Virus record (IMG/VR): IMGVR_UViG_3300046839_000055
Span: 64,001-128,000 of that record
Strand: one strand, 5' to 3'
DNA from: a virus
Taxonomy: Duplodnaviria > Caudoviricetes
Length of the DNA: 64,000 nt
In this document: positions 10,427-21,270 of the stretch, piece after piece
How the letters are laid out: the number at the start of each line of letters is the position of its first letter
How positions within the stretch are numbered: position 1 is the stretch's first letter
The notes under the pieces: model-generated
What the model saw: only the letters and a program-made list of their open reading frames with translations
Database searches by the model: none
What the model was told of the DNA's origin: nothing
Position numbers and translations under genes: made by a program

Positions 10427-10510
10427 ATTCCTTCTCCTTTCCACCATGAGAAAAGGCCGTCTGCCTTTTCTGCAAACGGTCCTAACTCACAGCGCATATG
10501 GTGTTCCGCC

Positions 10511-11224
10511 TCATTTTTCTTCCGTCGTGTTTTCGGAGTCTTCTTCCAAATCCTCTTCTTCCGGAAAATCGTATCCATCGTCATCCTCTCGATAATCTGC
10601 ATCCGGATCAGGCTGATCCGCTGGCTTCTTTTTCTTCTTTGCCTGCAGGAAGACCCAGACCCCTGTGCCGCCAATGACAATGATCAGCACACCGGCGGCC
10701 GCAAAGAGACTCAGGTTCTGCTTCTTTTCCACGGTTTCTGCCGCCGGTTGTGTAGTCTCCTTCTCCGGCTCTTTCATGGGTTTCTGTAGCTCTTCTGTTC
10801 CTTCCTCCGGCGCCTTCTGCTCATTCATGGCTTCCTGAACTGCCTTGGCATCCTCCTCGTCCATCAGGTTGAACAGGTCTTCTTCATCAACCTGATTCAG
10901 GAAATGAACGGTCTGATTGCCCTCGTCATCGCGGTCGATGATGAGATAGAAATAGTTGTTATTCTTGGTGACCACGGTGATAAACTGCTTTCCGCTCTCT
11001 GTCGAGATATCATCCACCAACGTCAGGTTTCCTTCTGGTGTAAGCGGTGGAAGCTCTTCCGGCTCCTCTGCCTCTTCCTTGGTAACCAGTTCTTCTGCCG
11101 GCGCTGCTTCCGCAGATGCAGCAGCTGCTTCCGGTTCATTTGTCTGCGCAAATGCAGTTGTACAACAGAGTCCGCAGCAGAGCATCGCTGCCAGCAGTGC
11201 TGCAAGTAAATTACGCTTTCTCAT
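10511..11224 (-). CDS. DUF4366 / CD1107-like membrane-anchored ICE protein
   Basis: Signal peptide; LTPEGNLTLVDD...KQFITVVTKNNNYFYLIIDRD; C-terminal TM and acidic tail. Confidence 0.85.
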   Translation of the reverse strand: MRKRNLLAALLAAMLCCGLCCTTAFAQTNEPEAAAASAEAAPAEELVTKEEAEEPEELPPLTPEGNLTLVDDISTESGKQFITVVTKNNNYFYLIIDRDDEGNQTVHFLNQVDEEDLFNLMDEEDAKAVQEAMNEQKAPEEGTEELQKPMKEPEKETTQPAAETVEKKQNLSLFAAAGVLIIVIGGTGVWVFLQAKKKKKPADQPDPDADYREDDDGYDFPEEEDLEEDSENTTEEK

Positions 11225-11486
11225 AATCTGCCTCCTGTTCTGTCGCTGTGCTTTTCTCTGATGATGCCGACTCCGGAAGTTTTGCCGGAGCATTGCTCCT
11301 GCAGCTCTGCAGAAATTCCCGCAGTTCTTCTGGCGTCAGGTTGAAGGAGCGCACGACCTCATGGATCTCTGTGTTTTCTTCCTCCGTGTACTTCTGTTCC
11401 AGTTCTTTTACACGCTGATCCCATATCGCAAGCCTTTCACGGGCTTTTGCAAGGTCAGCTTCGATTCGTTCCAGCCTCTTACTCAT
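11211..11486 (-). CDS. DUF4315-family protein
   Basis: Coiled coil, ENTEIHEVVRSFNLTPEEL. Confidence 0.8.
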   Translation of the reverse strand: MSKRLERIEADLAKARERLAIWDQRVKELEQKYTEEENTEIHEVVRSFNLTPEELREFLQSCRSNAPAKLPESASSEKSTATEQEADYEKA

Positions 11487-11495
11487 GAAACCTCC

Positions 11496-13268
11496 TCAAT
11501 TTAGTCTGCCGTAGCAGTAGAAATGCTGTCTGAAATATGATGAATTGACGGAAGCGTACTGGATCGGGTTGCCGCAGTGGATCATCATGCCGTTACCGAC
11601 ATAGATGCCAACGTGGCTGGCACCCGGTGTGTCATACGTTCCCTGAAAAAAGATTATGTCTCCCGGTTTTGCCTCACTAGCCGGGATGATATTCAGCTGC
11701 TGTCTGAGTCCTTCCGCTGTTGTTCTGCCGACATTCCAGCCATTGCCACAATGATTGATCACCCAGCAGACAAAACCGGAACAGTCAAAGCTCGTGGAGG
11801 GACTGGATCCGCCCCAGACATAGGGATAGCCAAGATACTTCTCTGCCTCCTGCATCATGTTGGCAAACTTCGCATCACTGAGCGCCTCCGTCGGGATGTC
11901 ATAATCCGTGTATTCCCCTGCAGAAGGATTCGCGTAGATATCATTTTCAAACAGATACTCCCTGTTTCCTCTGGTCTGATTCAGGAGCAGATACCGCTCC
12001 TTCTGCACCTCACTCAGACTGCTCTGGTCGATGCATGCCTCCAGCGTGTTGTTGACGAGCTTCACATGCAGAATCCGGTATTCGTATTCCACCTCGACCT
12101 CATAGGTGTATTCCTCCGTCGTGGTTTCACCGGTCTTTGGATCTGTCACGATCCGGTGTCCTGTCCGCTCTTCTGTCCGCGTTCGGATCTGAATCTCCTC
12201 CCGGTACGTCAGGTTGTACTGCGCCGAAAACAATTCCCGCAGCTTGTCTCGGACTTCCTCCCTCGAATAGTCCTCATAGAGAACCGTCAGATAGGAAGTC
12301 AGAACATAGGGATTATGGTTAATATTGGCAAGATCAAACTGATATTCGTCATAGCCGGGATGCATCGTCCTTACGCGGTCAATCTCTGCCTGCAGGTCCG
12401 CTTCCATCGCCTGATAGTCACTGTTAGCACCCCGGATATCTGCATCCTCTGCCGTATACGTGCCACTGAGAATACCATTGCCAGTTCCTGCCCCGAGCAT
12501 GGAACAGGAAGAGAACGAACTGATGATCAGCAGAAAGACCAGTCCCAGAATGCTGCATGTCAGCAGCATCCCCGGATGTTCTGTCACAAACTTCTGAATG
12601 CTTGCCCCGATGTCCTGAAGTCCCTTGGATAACGTGCCGGATTCCGAAGATTTTCCAGACACTGATTGGAAAATCTGAGAAACTGAATTTCCTGTCCCCG
12701 CTCCGGATTTTCGTGCTGCGGCATACTGCTTCTTAAGGTCCTGTTTCTGCCGCCAGCGTGAATAGAAACTGGCATTACCGGAGTGCTCTCCTGCACTCTG
12801 TCCTGCAGGGCCCGCTTCCTTTTCCGGATTTTCCCTCCGCGAAGTATATACGCCCTCCGATTGAAGCTTCTCTGCATTCTTATAAGCCTTCAGCTTTTTG
12901 GAGTACCGTGTCTTACCAGCAAAGCTGCTTACGGATCTTCCGGCGCCTTCTGCCATCTCACTTCCACGGTTTAATGCCTTTCCTCCGGCGTTATCATCCT
13001 GATTCTCCGATGCGGCGGCAGAGTGCATTCTTGCGGACAGTGCCGCAGATGCTGCACGGTTTCTCGAGGCCTTTGGCTTTTCCAGCGCCTTCTTTCCGAA
13101 TCGCAGCTTCTTACCGTACTCCGTGTTCCCTTGGAACCGGGATTTCTTCTTGGTTCTGGTATACCCTTTCTCAGAAGGGAGCTTGATTCCTTTTGCTTCC
13201 GGAGCATCTCTGGCTGTTCCCTCTGTCATGCCCTCCCGGAAGCGGATGGTGCTTTTCTTTTTTGACAA
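11496..13268 (-). CDS. NlpC/P60 (C40) conjugative peptidoglycan hydrolase
   Basis: YVWGG...FDCSGFV...SHVGIY; one TM segment. Confidence 0.9.
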   Translation of the reverse strand: MSKKKSTIRFREGMTEGTARDAPEAKGIKLPSEKGYTRTKKKSRFQGNTEYGKKLRFGKKALEKPKASRNRAASAALSARMHSAAASENQDDNAGGKALNRGSEMAEGAGRSVSSFAGKTRYSKKLKAYKNAEKLQSEGVYTSRRENPEKEAGPAGQSAGEHSGNASFYSRWRQKQDLKKQYAAARKSGAGTGNSVSQIFQSVSGKSSESGTLSKGLQDIGASIQKFVTEHPGMLLTCSILGLVFLLIISSFSSCSMLGAGTGNGILSGTYTAEDADIRGANSDYQAMEADLQAEIDRVRTMHPGYDEYQFDLANINHNPYVLTSYLTVLYEDYSREEVRDKLRELFSAQYNLTYREEIQIRTRTEERTGHRIVTDPKTGETTTEEYTYEVEVEYEYRILHVKLVNNTLEACIDQSSLSEVQKERYLLLNQTRGNREYLFENDIYANPSAGEYTDYDIPTEALSDAKFANMMQEAEKYLGYPYVWGGSSPSTSFDCSGFVCWVINHCGNGWNVGRTTAEGLRQQLNIIPASEAKPGDIIFFQGTYDTPGASHVGIYVGNGMMIHCGNPIQYASVNSSYFRQHFYCYGRLN

Positions 13269-15713
13269 TCACGACACCTCCTGCTTCTGACGGGAAACCT
13301 CACCCGGTTTGGTTGTCATGATCCGGTACAGTTCCAGATCCGTCGGGAAGTGATCCACAAACGGCAGAATGACATTCCCATAAAACAGAAGCCCTTCCCC
13401 TGCACCGGATTGGGTTACATAGGAGAGCTGATGCGGGGAAATGTTGAGCTGTCTGGCAAGAATGGCACGGTCACCGGATGCCTGGTTGAGCATATAGATG
13501 AAGTCTGAGTTCTCGAAGATGTTCTCAACTTCCCGACTGGAAAGAAGATCCTTGATGTTCTGGGTAATCCCGGTCGGAATGCCTCCCCACTTGCGGAATC
13601 GCTTCCAGATCTCTACAGAATAGGCTGCTGTCTGCTCTTCCTTGAGGAGCAGATGAAACTCATCCATGTAGTAGCGGGTAGCCTTTCCGGCCTCCCGGTT
13701 CGCCGTCACTCTGCCCCAGACCTGATCCTGTACCACGAGCATTCCAAGCTTTTTCAATTGCTTGCCAAGTTCCTTGATGTTGTAGCAGACCAGCCGGTTG
13801 CTGATGTCAACATTGGTGCGGTGATTGAATAGATTCAGCGATCCTTTGACGTAGATCTCAAGAGCGGTTGCCACATGATGCGCTTCCTTCTCTTCCTGCG
13901 ACAGCAGCACGTAATACAGATCTTCCAGGATCGGCATGTTCTCCGGCACCGGATCATCGAAGTACTTCTGATAAATCTGATGCACGCAACGATCGATCAC
14001 AGTCTTCTCCACTGGCTGCAGTCCCTCTTTGCCTCCTACTACGAGTTCACACAGCGACAGGATAAAATCCGCCTTCAGCGCGATCGGATTATCTTCTTCT
14101 GAGTAATTTGCATTGATGTCCATCGGATTGATGCACTGGCTGCTGGTTGGTGAGATCCTGATCACCTGTCCCTTTAACCGTTCCACCAGCGGCGCATATT
14201 CTGCCTCCGGATCGCAGATGATGATGTCGTCGTCCGTGACCAGAAAGGCATTGGCGATCTCCCGCTTGGCGCTGAATGACTTGCCGGATCCCGGTGTGCC
14301 AAGGATCAGCCCATTCGGGTTCTTCAGCATCTTCCGGTCCACCATGATCAGGTTGTTGGAAAGCGCATTGAGGCCGTAGTAGAGAGCCTCCCTGCCGCTC
14401 TGGAACAATTCCTGCGTCGTGAATGGAACAAAGATCGCCGTACTGGATGTCGTCAGTCCACGTTCGATCTCGATCTCATTGTGTGCCAGCGGCAGCGAAC
14501 TCATCAGTCCCTGCTCCTGCTGGAAATCCAGTCTTCGCAGGTTGCAGTTGTTCTGCTGCGCAATGCTCAATGCCTGAAAAATGTTGTTGTCCAGTTCCTG
14601 CTTCGTCTTCCCTGTATTGAGGATCAGGAACGTTACCATGAACATGCGCTCGTTCTGGCTCTGCAGCTCCTGCAAAAGACTTTTGGCGTCCTTTCCATAC
14701 GTTGCAAGATCGGACGGAATGATATCCATGTCGTATCCTGCACGAACTGCTTTTTTCTGCTCCTCGATCTTGGAACGGTCCAGATCCGTAATCGTATGTT
14801 TGATCTTCTTGATTGCCTCTGTCTGATCGACCGACCGGATATGCATCGTGATCACCTGTGAGGACTCCATCTCCAGAAGATCCTTCAGCAGCCGGTCAGA
14901 AAGGTTTGAAGCTGTTATGGACAGATATGACATTGCCCCATACAGATCTCCCATCCGAAACATGCGCCCACCGGGAAATTCAAATGAAGTCGGAGCAATA
15001 AAGTCCTTTACGGAGAGTCCAGACTCCGGGAGCCAGTTCCAGTCAAAGTAAAACCTGTCCTTGTCTCCCATATGAAACATGTCGTGCATAACCCGAAGGC
15101 GCTCCTTGCCATTCAGGACTATCGCAGCGACTCCTAGTCTACGAAAGTTATTTAAGAGGTCCGTCTGGATGTGAATCAGGCGCGGTTTTGCCTGCTTTAT
15201 CGACTCCGCCTTGATGCCAAACGTAAGATACTTGGTTTTGGTCAGGCCATTGTTGCCCTGCGCCAACTGCGTCCGCAGCATTCTGCTGTACTCGTCCCGC
15301 ACTTCATTGAATCCATCATTCTTTTCCGGAATACAGATGCTTTTTTCAAAGCTCTCCGTACCTGTGCAAAGATTCATGAACGAAATTTCAAAACGTACCG
15401 AGCTGTCAAAGAAATTCAGGAAACCGCACCACTCTTCAAAGATGGCGGTCTTATCCTCATCCTGCGCCAGCCGGTAATTGATATCCTGAAACTGAATCGT
15501 CTTGGTGTAATAGCTGCCGTCCACCCGGCAGATACCATCCTGAAACATCCGCTCAAATGGAATGGACTGCTGTGCAGTCCGCGGGATTCCGTCATCACGC
15601 TTTGCTTCTTTCCAGATCTTTTCGATCTTTCGCCTTTCCTTTCGTGTCAGGTTTTCGGGCAGCTTTACGCTTTCTGCCTCTCTGTCTTTTTTCCGCTTCC
15701 AGAACAATCTCAT
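13269..15713 (-). CDS. virB4: VirB4-like conjugative ATPase
   Basis: Walker A GTPGSGKS, Walker B YMDEFH, RFRKWGG. Confidence 0.95.
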   Translation of the reverse strand: MRLFWKRKKDREAESVKLPENLTRKERRKIEKIWKEAKRDDGIPRTAQQSIPFERMFQDGICRVDGSYYTKTIQFQDINYRLAQDEDKTAIFEEWCGFLNFFDSSVRFEISFMNLCTGTESFEKSICIPEKNDGFNEVRDEYSRMLRTQLAQGNNGLTKTKYLTFGIKAESIKQAKPRLIHIQTDLLNNFRRLGVAAIVLNGKERLRVMHDMFHMGDKDRFYFDWNWLPESGLSVKDFIAPTSFEFPGGRMFRMGDLYGAMSYLSITASNLSDRLLKDLLEMESSQVITMHIRSVDQTEAIKKIKHTITDLDRSKIEEQKKAVRAGYDMDIIPSDLATYGKDAKSLLQELQSQNERMFMVTFLILNTGKTKQELDNNIFQALSIAQQNNCNLRRLDFQQEQGLMSSLPLAHNEIEIERGLTTSSTAIFVPFTTQELFQSGREALYYGLNALSNNLIMVDRKMLKNPNGLILGTPGSGKSFSAKREIANAFLVTDDDIIICDPEAEYAPLVERLKGQVIRISPTSSQCINPMDINANYSEEDNPIALKADFILSLCELVVGGKEGLQPVEKTVIDRCVHQIYQKYFDDPVPENMPILEDLYYVLLSQEEKEAHHVATALEIYVKGSLNLFNHRTNVDISNRLVCYNIKELGKQLKKLGMLVVQDQVWGRVTANREAGKATRYYMDEFHLLLKEEQTAAYSVEIWKRFRKWGGIPTGITQNIKDLLSSREVENIFENSDFIYMLNQASGDRAILARQLNISPHQLSYVTQSGAGEGLLFYGNVILPFVDHFPTDLELYRIMTTKPGEVSRQKQEVS

Positions 15714-16062
15714 TCACCTCCTTCTGCGCTTCTGTCATCCGCATCAATGCGGAATAATAGTTGTCCGTCTTGTATGGCCGCACTTTCGGCCGCACGAATT
15801 TTGCCTCGATGAAATGCTGCAAGAGCACTTCCGGCGGCATGCCGTCTCTCTCGTACATGGCGAGGAAAAAGAACGGCAGCATCGTCAGAATCATCCCCAT
15901 GGAAGCCAGACTCATATTTCCGGTTCTTCTGATCAAAAAGAAAGACGGTACTCCGATGAGCGCCGCCACAGAAAAACAAATCAGCTGTCTTTTCGTCAGA
16001 TTGAAAAGCACTTTTGACTTCACACGGGTAAGATCTCTTGGTACCGAAACATAAGGATCCAA
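15595..16062 (-). CDS. prgI: PrgI-family protein
   Basis: VPRDLTRVKSKVLFNLTKRQLICF, two TM segments. Confidence 0.9.
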   Translation of the reverse strand: MDPYVSVPRDLTRVKSKVLFNLTKRQLICFSVAALIGVPSFFLIRRTGNMSLASMGMILTMLPFFFLAMYERDGMPPEVLLQHFIEAKFVRPKVRPYKTDNYYSALMRMTEAQKEVNEIVLEAEKRQRGRKRKAARKPDTKGKAKDRKDLERSKA

Positions 16063-16079
16063 GTGATATTCCTCCCTTC

Positions 16080-16946
16080 TCAGTGTGCATTAAACACAGA
16101 TTTTGCAAGGCTTCCCGTCTTGAAGAGCGTAAAGCAGAGAAGAACGGTATAGCCAAGAACTCCCCAGACCGAAGCTATGATGTCATTGGAGAATGCAATG
16201 TTCTGAATCAGCACTGCATAGATGCCGACACAGATCATGATCAGGAATCCCTGAAAGCCCAGCGCACAGATGGAACGGAAATAGTTCTGACCGATCTGAC
16301 TCTGTTCCCGGTTTGCAAAGGTTGCAAACGGAATCGGGGCAAGGCTGGTCATCAGGTAGATCTCGATCATGCGTCCGTAAATGATGACAAAGATAATGAT
16401 CGACATGATCCACATGGCAACATGCAGCAAGAGTGACTGCATAAAGATGCCCAGTAACGGTCCAAGTTCCATCGCCATAAGCGTATCTTCCATCTGCGAG
16501 AGCGCATCGCTGCTGACCGCTGTAGAGCCGGAGATTATGCCGGCACTGCTTGCGATGACCTGCTGGGCCACATCAAATACCGCCATTACGATATTGAACG
16601 TGTTCGTGATCAGCATGACCGCCACGAAGGTCTTGAAGATCCACTTGAAGAAAATCCATGTTTCAAAGTTTGCCAGATTGTTGTGATCAATAATCAGCTG
16701 AATCAGCTCGTAACAGGCAATGAAGGTCAGGATCATCCCCGCGATGGGGATGATCACCGACTCTGACACATTCCGGATCATAGAAAAGACGCCCGGAGAG
16801 AAATTCGCGGGCGTCGTCCCTACCTGTGAAGCGATACTGCCAACCTGCTGATTGACAGTATCGAAGATGCCGGTGAAGTTGTTCATGATCCCGCCCACGA
16901 GAATTTTCTTCAGCCAATCTGCGATCTGCTGAAGGATCGTGTCCAT
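16080..16946 (-). CDS. VirB6/TrbL-like conjugal transfer membrane protein
   Basis: Multi-TM, GRMIEIYLMTSLAPIPFAT. Confidence 0.88.
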   Translation of the reverse strand: MDTILQQIADWLKKILVGGIMNNFTGIFDTVNQQVGSIASQVGTTPANFSPGVFSMIRNVSESVIIPIAGMILTFIACYELIQLIIDHNNLANFETWIFFKWIFKTFVAVMLITNTFNIVMAVFDVAQQVIASSAGIISGSTAVSSDALSQMEDTLMAMELGPLLGIFMQSLLLHVAMWIMSIIIFVIIYGRMIEIYLMTSLAPIPFATFANREQSQIGQNYFRSICALGFQGFLIMICVGIYAVLIQNIAFSNDIIASVWGVLGYTVLLCFTLFKTGSLAKSVFNAH

Positions 16947-16969
16947 CTAGCGGTCTCCTCCCTCCTGTC

Positions 16970-17053
16970 TCAGTCAAACAGCCCGGTAAGAAGCGGAACA
17001 AGAATCGTTCCGATCAGGGCGACACCGCCGCCTGCCATCAGCTGTTTCATCCC
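16970..17053 (-). pseudogene. 3' fragment of Maff2-family gene
   Basis: Hand translation GMKQLMAGGGVALIGTILVPLLTGLFD*, completing the 5' part at 29546-29704. Confidence 0.85.
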
Positions 17054-17144
17054 CAATTAGGTGTAAAAACTCTGCTCGATGGCGGGCGGCGGCGTACAAA
17101 AAATCTATATGGTGTTGTTAAGAGAACCGTCCCGGCGGGACAGG

Positions 17145-18815
17145 TCAGGCAGTGACCTGTTCCACCTCCGGGATGGGTTTGAGATTAAAATGAATTTCGA
17201 TAGAAATGTGTCTTGTTTTATCTTCGTCAATGCGCTCATGCACAACGATTTCTTTGATTAAGCGGTTGAGGGTGGCTGCGTCCAGCTCTGTGATGTTGGC
17301 GTATTCCTGAATGGCTTCCACCCATTGTTTTGCATCATTGGCAAGCTGGACTTCATCGGACAGCCGCTTTCTGCCCTCGGACACTTTTGTTTTAAGCTCC
17401 GTCTGCTCGGTCTGTGTCTTTTCCAGCATGGTGTTGAAATTCTGCTCACTGATACGCCCTGCAATCATATCCTCATAAAGCCGCATGACCATTTTGTCCA
17501 GAACCTCAATCCGTTCCTCGTCCCTTGTAAGGGAGCGTTCCATTGCTTCCCGCTGTTCCCGCTGCTCGGCTTCACAGGTATTGGTCAGGCGGTCGGCAAC
17601 CGCTTCCCCGTCCATCAGGGCAGCTCTGGCACATTCCCGGATTTTCCGCAGCACATGGCTGTAAAGGGTGTCATAATCAATCCGGTGCTGGGTGCAGTGG
17701 TTCTTTCCAAAGGCATTGTAGGTCTTGCAGGAGTAAATCCGCTGGGGATGTTTAGCGTTTGTGTAGCGTACCGTCAGCGACTTCCCACACTCGCCGCATT
17801 TTAACAGTCCGGCAAACAGGCTGATTTCATTGGTCTGCCCCGGACGCTGGCGGGATTTCAGCTTGTTCTGCACAATGTCAAAGCTCATGCTGTCAATCAG
17901 CGGTTCATGCTGTCCCTCCACCACAATCCAGTCCTCCGGCTTCTTTTCCCCAATCGTGCCGATTTTGAAGCGGTAGTCCTTTTTCTGGGAAGCAATCGCC
18001 CCGGTGTAGACGGGATTCATCAAAAGGTCTTTGATAACGGAGAAGTCCCACATATACCGCCCGTTTTCTGGGTCTTTCCTTTCCCATTTGGTGCGGGTAT
18101 TGCGAAGCCCCCGTTCCCGGTTCCACCATGTAGGGCAGGGGATTTTTTCTTTCTCCAGCCGTCTGCGGATATAGTTCGGACCATGACCGTTCAGGGCATA
18201 TCCGAAAATCAGCCGCACAATCGGGGCGGTTTCCTCGTCAATGAGCAGATGGTTTTTGTCCTCCGGGTCTTTCCGATACCCAAACGGGGCAAGACACCCG
18301 GTAAACTGTCCTTTCTGCGCTTTCAGAAGATAAGAGGAATGGACTTTCTTGGAAATATCCTTGCTGTACATCTCGTTCAGGATATTCTTGAACGGGGCAA
18401 TGTCGTTGTTATCCCGCAGGGTGTCGATGCCGTCATTCATGGCGATATAGCGGACACCGTTTCTTGGGAAAAAGTCCTCAATCAAATGCCCGGTTTGCAG
18501 ATAATTACGCCCCAGTCGGCTGAGGTCTTTCGTGATGACAAGGTTGATCTGCCTGCGCTCAATGGCTCTCAACATTCTCTGTAGGTCAGGACGCTCCATG
18601 TTAAGACCTGTGAAGCCATCGTCCTGATAGACTGCCACAACCTCCCATCCCTGCTTTTCGCAGTATTTTTCCAGCATATCACGCTGGTTTGCGATACTGG
18701 CACTTTCGCCTTGCAGGTCATCGTCCTTTGACAGCCTGCAATAGACCGCCGCACGATAACCCCCGGCAAGTGCCGAACCGATTGTTCTGTATTCCATTTC
18801 GTTCATCATAGCCAT
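17145..18815 (-). CDS. Large serine recombinase (TnpX-like)
   Basis: YCRLSKDD, KDLSRLGR, recombinase domain, Zn ribbon CGECG, coiled coil. Confidence 0.95.
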   Translation of the reverse strand: MAMMNEMEYRTIGSALAGGYRAAVYCRLSKDDDLQGESASIANQRDMLEKYCEKQGWEVVAVYQDDGFTGLNMERPDLQRMLRAIERRQINLVITKDLSRLGRNYLQTGHLIEDFFPRNGVRYIAMNDGIDTLRDNNDIAPFKNILNEMYSKDISKKVHSSYLLKAQKGQFTGCLAPFGYRKDPEDKNHLLIDEETAPIVRLIFGYALNGHGPNYIRRRLEKEKIPCPTWWNRERGLRNTRTKWERKDPENGRYMWDFSVIKDLLMNPVYTGAIASQKKDYRFKIGTIGEKKPEDWIVVEGQHEPLIDSMSFDIVQNKLKSRQRPGQTNEISLFAGLLKCGECGKSLTVRYTNAKHPQRIYSCKTYNAFGKNHCTQHRIDYDTLYSHVLRKIRECARAALMDGEAVADRLTNTCEAEQREQREAMERSLTRDEERIEVLDKMVMRLYEDMIAGRISEQNFNTMLEKTQTEQTELKTKVSEGRKRLSDEVQLANDAKQWVEAIQEYANITELDAATLNRLIKEIVVHERIDEDKTRHISIEIHFNLKPIPEVEQVTA

Positions 18816-19013
18816 TTACCCACACAATCCAGACGGTATCTGGCTCTTTTGAACCTCATCTTCATTATAGCCTATATCTTTCTTTTTAGCAAGATATTCT
18901 TTTGCATTTGTCTTTCCGTATTTCTGGGAAATCAGGCTGACGAACACATCAGTGGCGTCAAGCTCCCCGTCAAATACAGTGGTCACATGAATCTCTGTTT
19001 TGTTTTTTGCCAT
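18816..19013 (-). CDS. Small hypothetical protein (possible directionality factor)
   Basis: 65 aa, RBS GGAGG, abuts the recombinase. Confidence 0.55.
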   Translation of the reverse strand: MAKNKTEIHVTTVFDGELDATDVFVSLISQKYGKTNAKEYLAKKKDIGYNEDEVQKSQIPSGLCG

Positions 19014-19057
19014 AGGCAGTTATCCTCCATACATGAAAATAGCCAGACAGAGGGTGT

Positions 19058-19337
19058 CGGCAACGAAGTCCGGCAACGGACTTCAAAAGACCTTGCAAAC
19101 AATCTCAATCTGGCGATGGTTACTATTTATACTTTTCTTTTATTTTTTTGTTGTTTTGGTTGTTATAAGGGAGAAAAGCCCGGAAATAAGGGGTTTTTCC
19201 CGGCAACCGGCTCGGCAACGGGATAACAACAGGGGGTGCAACGGGCTGTCCTTTTCAGAATGGAAGCTCCATCTGTTCTGTGACCTCCACAAAACCGTCC
19301 ATCGTTTTTTCAGACGGGTTGCCGGAGTCCGTTGCCG
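19058..19337. repeat. CGGCAAC repeats around an AT-rich spacer; candidate IME replication origin
   Basis: Direct copies at 19058, 19071, 19201, 19213; inverted GTTGCCG at 19318, 19331; at the 3' end of the VirE helicase gene. Confidence 0.6.
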
Positions 19338-20649
19338 GGTTTTCACGCTCCCAGCCCTTTTGTCTGCCATATTCGGAAAACATTCTTGGGTTTGGGAAGT
19401 ACCGCCAGCTGGAAATGCACTGGTTCATAATCTCGTTGATTTCCCGGATTTCCCATTGCTTCGGCTCGTCAAAAGCATGGTTCAAGGCTTCCTTATAGAG
19501 CTGCTTGGAGCAGACCATGCTCCCGGTGTATTTATCAAGATACGCCTGTATCATCCCGGCTTTGGTGTCCTCCGGCATAAAATCCCGCTGGTGTTCTTTG
19601 AGATACCGCTGCATGGCGGGGCTGAAAGCCAGCTTGAACCTGCCGCTTTTATAAATCTCCATCGCTTCCGCCCACATCTGCCCGATATAGGCTCTGGAAG
19701 CGGCTTCATCCTCCAAAATGTGAACTTCCGCCTGCTCCGGGTACACCATGACCGGGATAAAGCGGCGGTTGCCGGAACGGTCAAGGGGCAGGAAGTCAAG
19801 GGCATTGGAAGTGCCGCCAAACACGCACTGACGGGGGCGGTCTGCCGGGTGGGTTTCATAAGGTATCTTGTAGACCTCTTTCTGCCGGCTTAAAAATGAC
19901 TTGATTTCCTCAATGCTCTTGGCGTTGGCGGTTGCCATCATTTCCGACATTTCAATAATCCAGTGACCTTGCAGCTTGCGGTACACATTGTCATCGTCCA
20001 GCTTCCGCAAATCATCGGAGAACCACTCGTCCCGGACTGCCAGCAGCCGGAAGAAGGTGGACTTTCCAGCCCCCTGACCGCCTACCAGACAGAGCATGAT
20101 TTCAAACTTGCACCCCGGCTGAAAGGCTCGTGAGATTGCACCCAGCAGGAACAGCTTCAACGCTTCATAGGTGTAATCGTCTGCGTCAGCCCCCAGAAAG
20201 TGCCGCAGGCAGAAGCGGATTCGCTCTGTCCCGTCCCACACAAGGGTATTGAGATAGTCCCGGATGGGATGGTACTTGTTTTCATTCGCCACAATCCCGA
20301 TGGCGTTATCAATCTTTTTCTCATTGGTAAGCCCGTAGGTTTCTTCCAGATAAAGAAGCAGATACTTCATGTCCGTATCGTTCAGGGCGGTGCTTTCTCT
20401 GTGAAAACCGATGGGCTTTATGATGTCCTTGCGGTCAGTCAGGATGTTGTATGCGATAGCCCCTGAAAGCAGAGGGTCACGTTGGAATACGGTCAGGCAG
20501 TTCCGTATGCTCTGACGGACACCGCCTTTCTCGGTGGTTTCCAGCCCCGCCTTGATTTCCTCAACGCTCTGGGGCGGCTGCATGGCGTTCATAGTGTTTT
20601 TTAGTTCTTGCTGCGTCTGCGGCTGCAAGTTCTGCCATTCGCTGTTCAA
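19255..20649 (-). CDS. Virulence-associated E (VirE) family P-loop helicase/ATPase
   Basis: YHPIRDYL, GGQGAGKS, WIIEMSE, FLPLDRSGNRRF. Confidence 0.9.
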   Translation of the reverse strand: MNSEWQNLQPQTQQELKNTMNAMQPPQSVEEIKAGLETTEKGGVRQSIRNCLTVFQRDPLLSGAIAYNILTDRKDIIKPIGFHRESTALNDTDMKYLLLYLEETYGLTNEKKIDNAIGIVANENKYHPIRDYLNTLVWDGTERIRFCLRHFLGADADDYTYEALKLFLLGAISRAFQPGCKFEIMLCLVGGQGAGKSTFFRLLAVRDEWFSDDLRKLDDDNVYRKLQGHWIIEMSEMMATANAKSIEEIKSFLSRQKEVYKIPYETHPADRPRQCVFGGTSNALDFLPLDRSGNRRFIPVMVYPEQAEVHILEDEAASRAYIGQMWAEAMEIYKSGRFKLAFSPAMQRYLKEHQRDFMPEDTKAGMIQAYLDKYTGSMVCSKQLYKEALNHAFDEPKQWEIREINEIMNQCISSWRYFPNPRMFSEYGRQKGWERENPATDSGNPSEKTMDGFVEVTEQMELPF

Positions 20650-21205
20650 GCTGTATCACATCCTTTCCGTAGTCCGTAATCAAATCCGCTTTTTCCTCTG
20701 TTTCCCCGAACAGCAGCACATCCAGCAGATATTCCACTTGGGCTTGCTTCTGTAAGGCTTCCACAAACCGGGGATGAAAGGCTTCCTCCGGGGAGTGCGG
20801 GGCGTAGTCCGTTCTCCATGCCATCAGCAGATGGAGATAATCGGCAAGAATACGGAAGCAGCGATTCTTTGCTTCCTGAAACTGTTCCTCCGGGGATTTC
20901 TGCCGGGTCTTGGGCTTTTTTACCTTTCCCGGCGGTTTCCAGTCCTCATAGGAAAGCCCGAAGTCCTGTGCCAGCTGTACGGCGGCTTCTTTCTTTCCCA
21001 GCCCATACAGGGCGGCGGCAAAATCAATCACATCCCCATCCGCACCGCAGCCGAAGCAATGGTAACGCCGATCCAGCTTCATGCTTGGGGTTTTATCGTT
21101 ATGGAACGGGCAGCAAGCCATCCCGTTCCGACCTACATGGATTCCATAATACTCCGCAGCCTGTCTTGTTGTGACGGACTGCTTCACAGCTTCGAATACA
21201 TTCAA
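20561..21205 (-). CDS. CHC2 zinc-finger primase-like protein
   Basis: CCPFHNDKTPSM...YHCFGCGADGDVIDF. Confidence 0.9.
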   Translation of the reverse strand: MNVFEAVKQSVTTRQAAEYYGIHVGRNGMACCPFHNDKTPSMKLDRRYHCFGCGADGDVIDFAAALYGLGKKEAAVQLAQDFGLSYEDWKPPGKVKKPKTRQKSPEEQFQEAKNRCFRILADYLHLLMAWRTDYAPHSPEEAFHPRFVEALQKQAQVEYLLDVLLFGETEEKADLITDYGKDVIQLEQRMAELAAADAARTKKHYERHAAAPER

Positions 21206-21270
21206 ATCTATCCCTCCTTGAAAATAAGAAAAGCACCTGACATTCTCTAATTGAAAATGGCAAGTGCCTG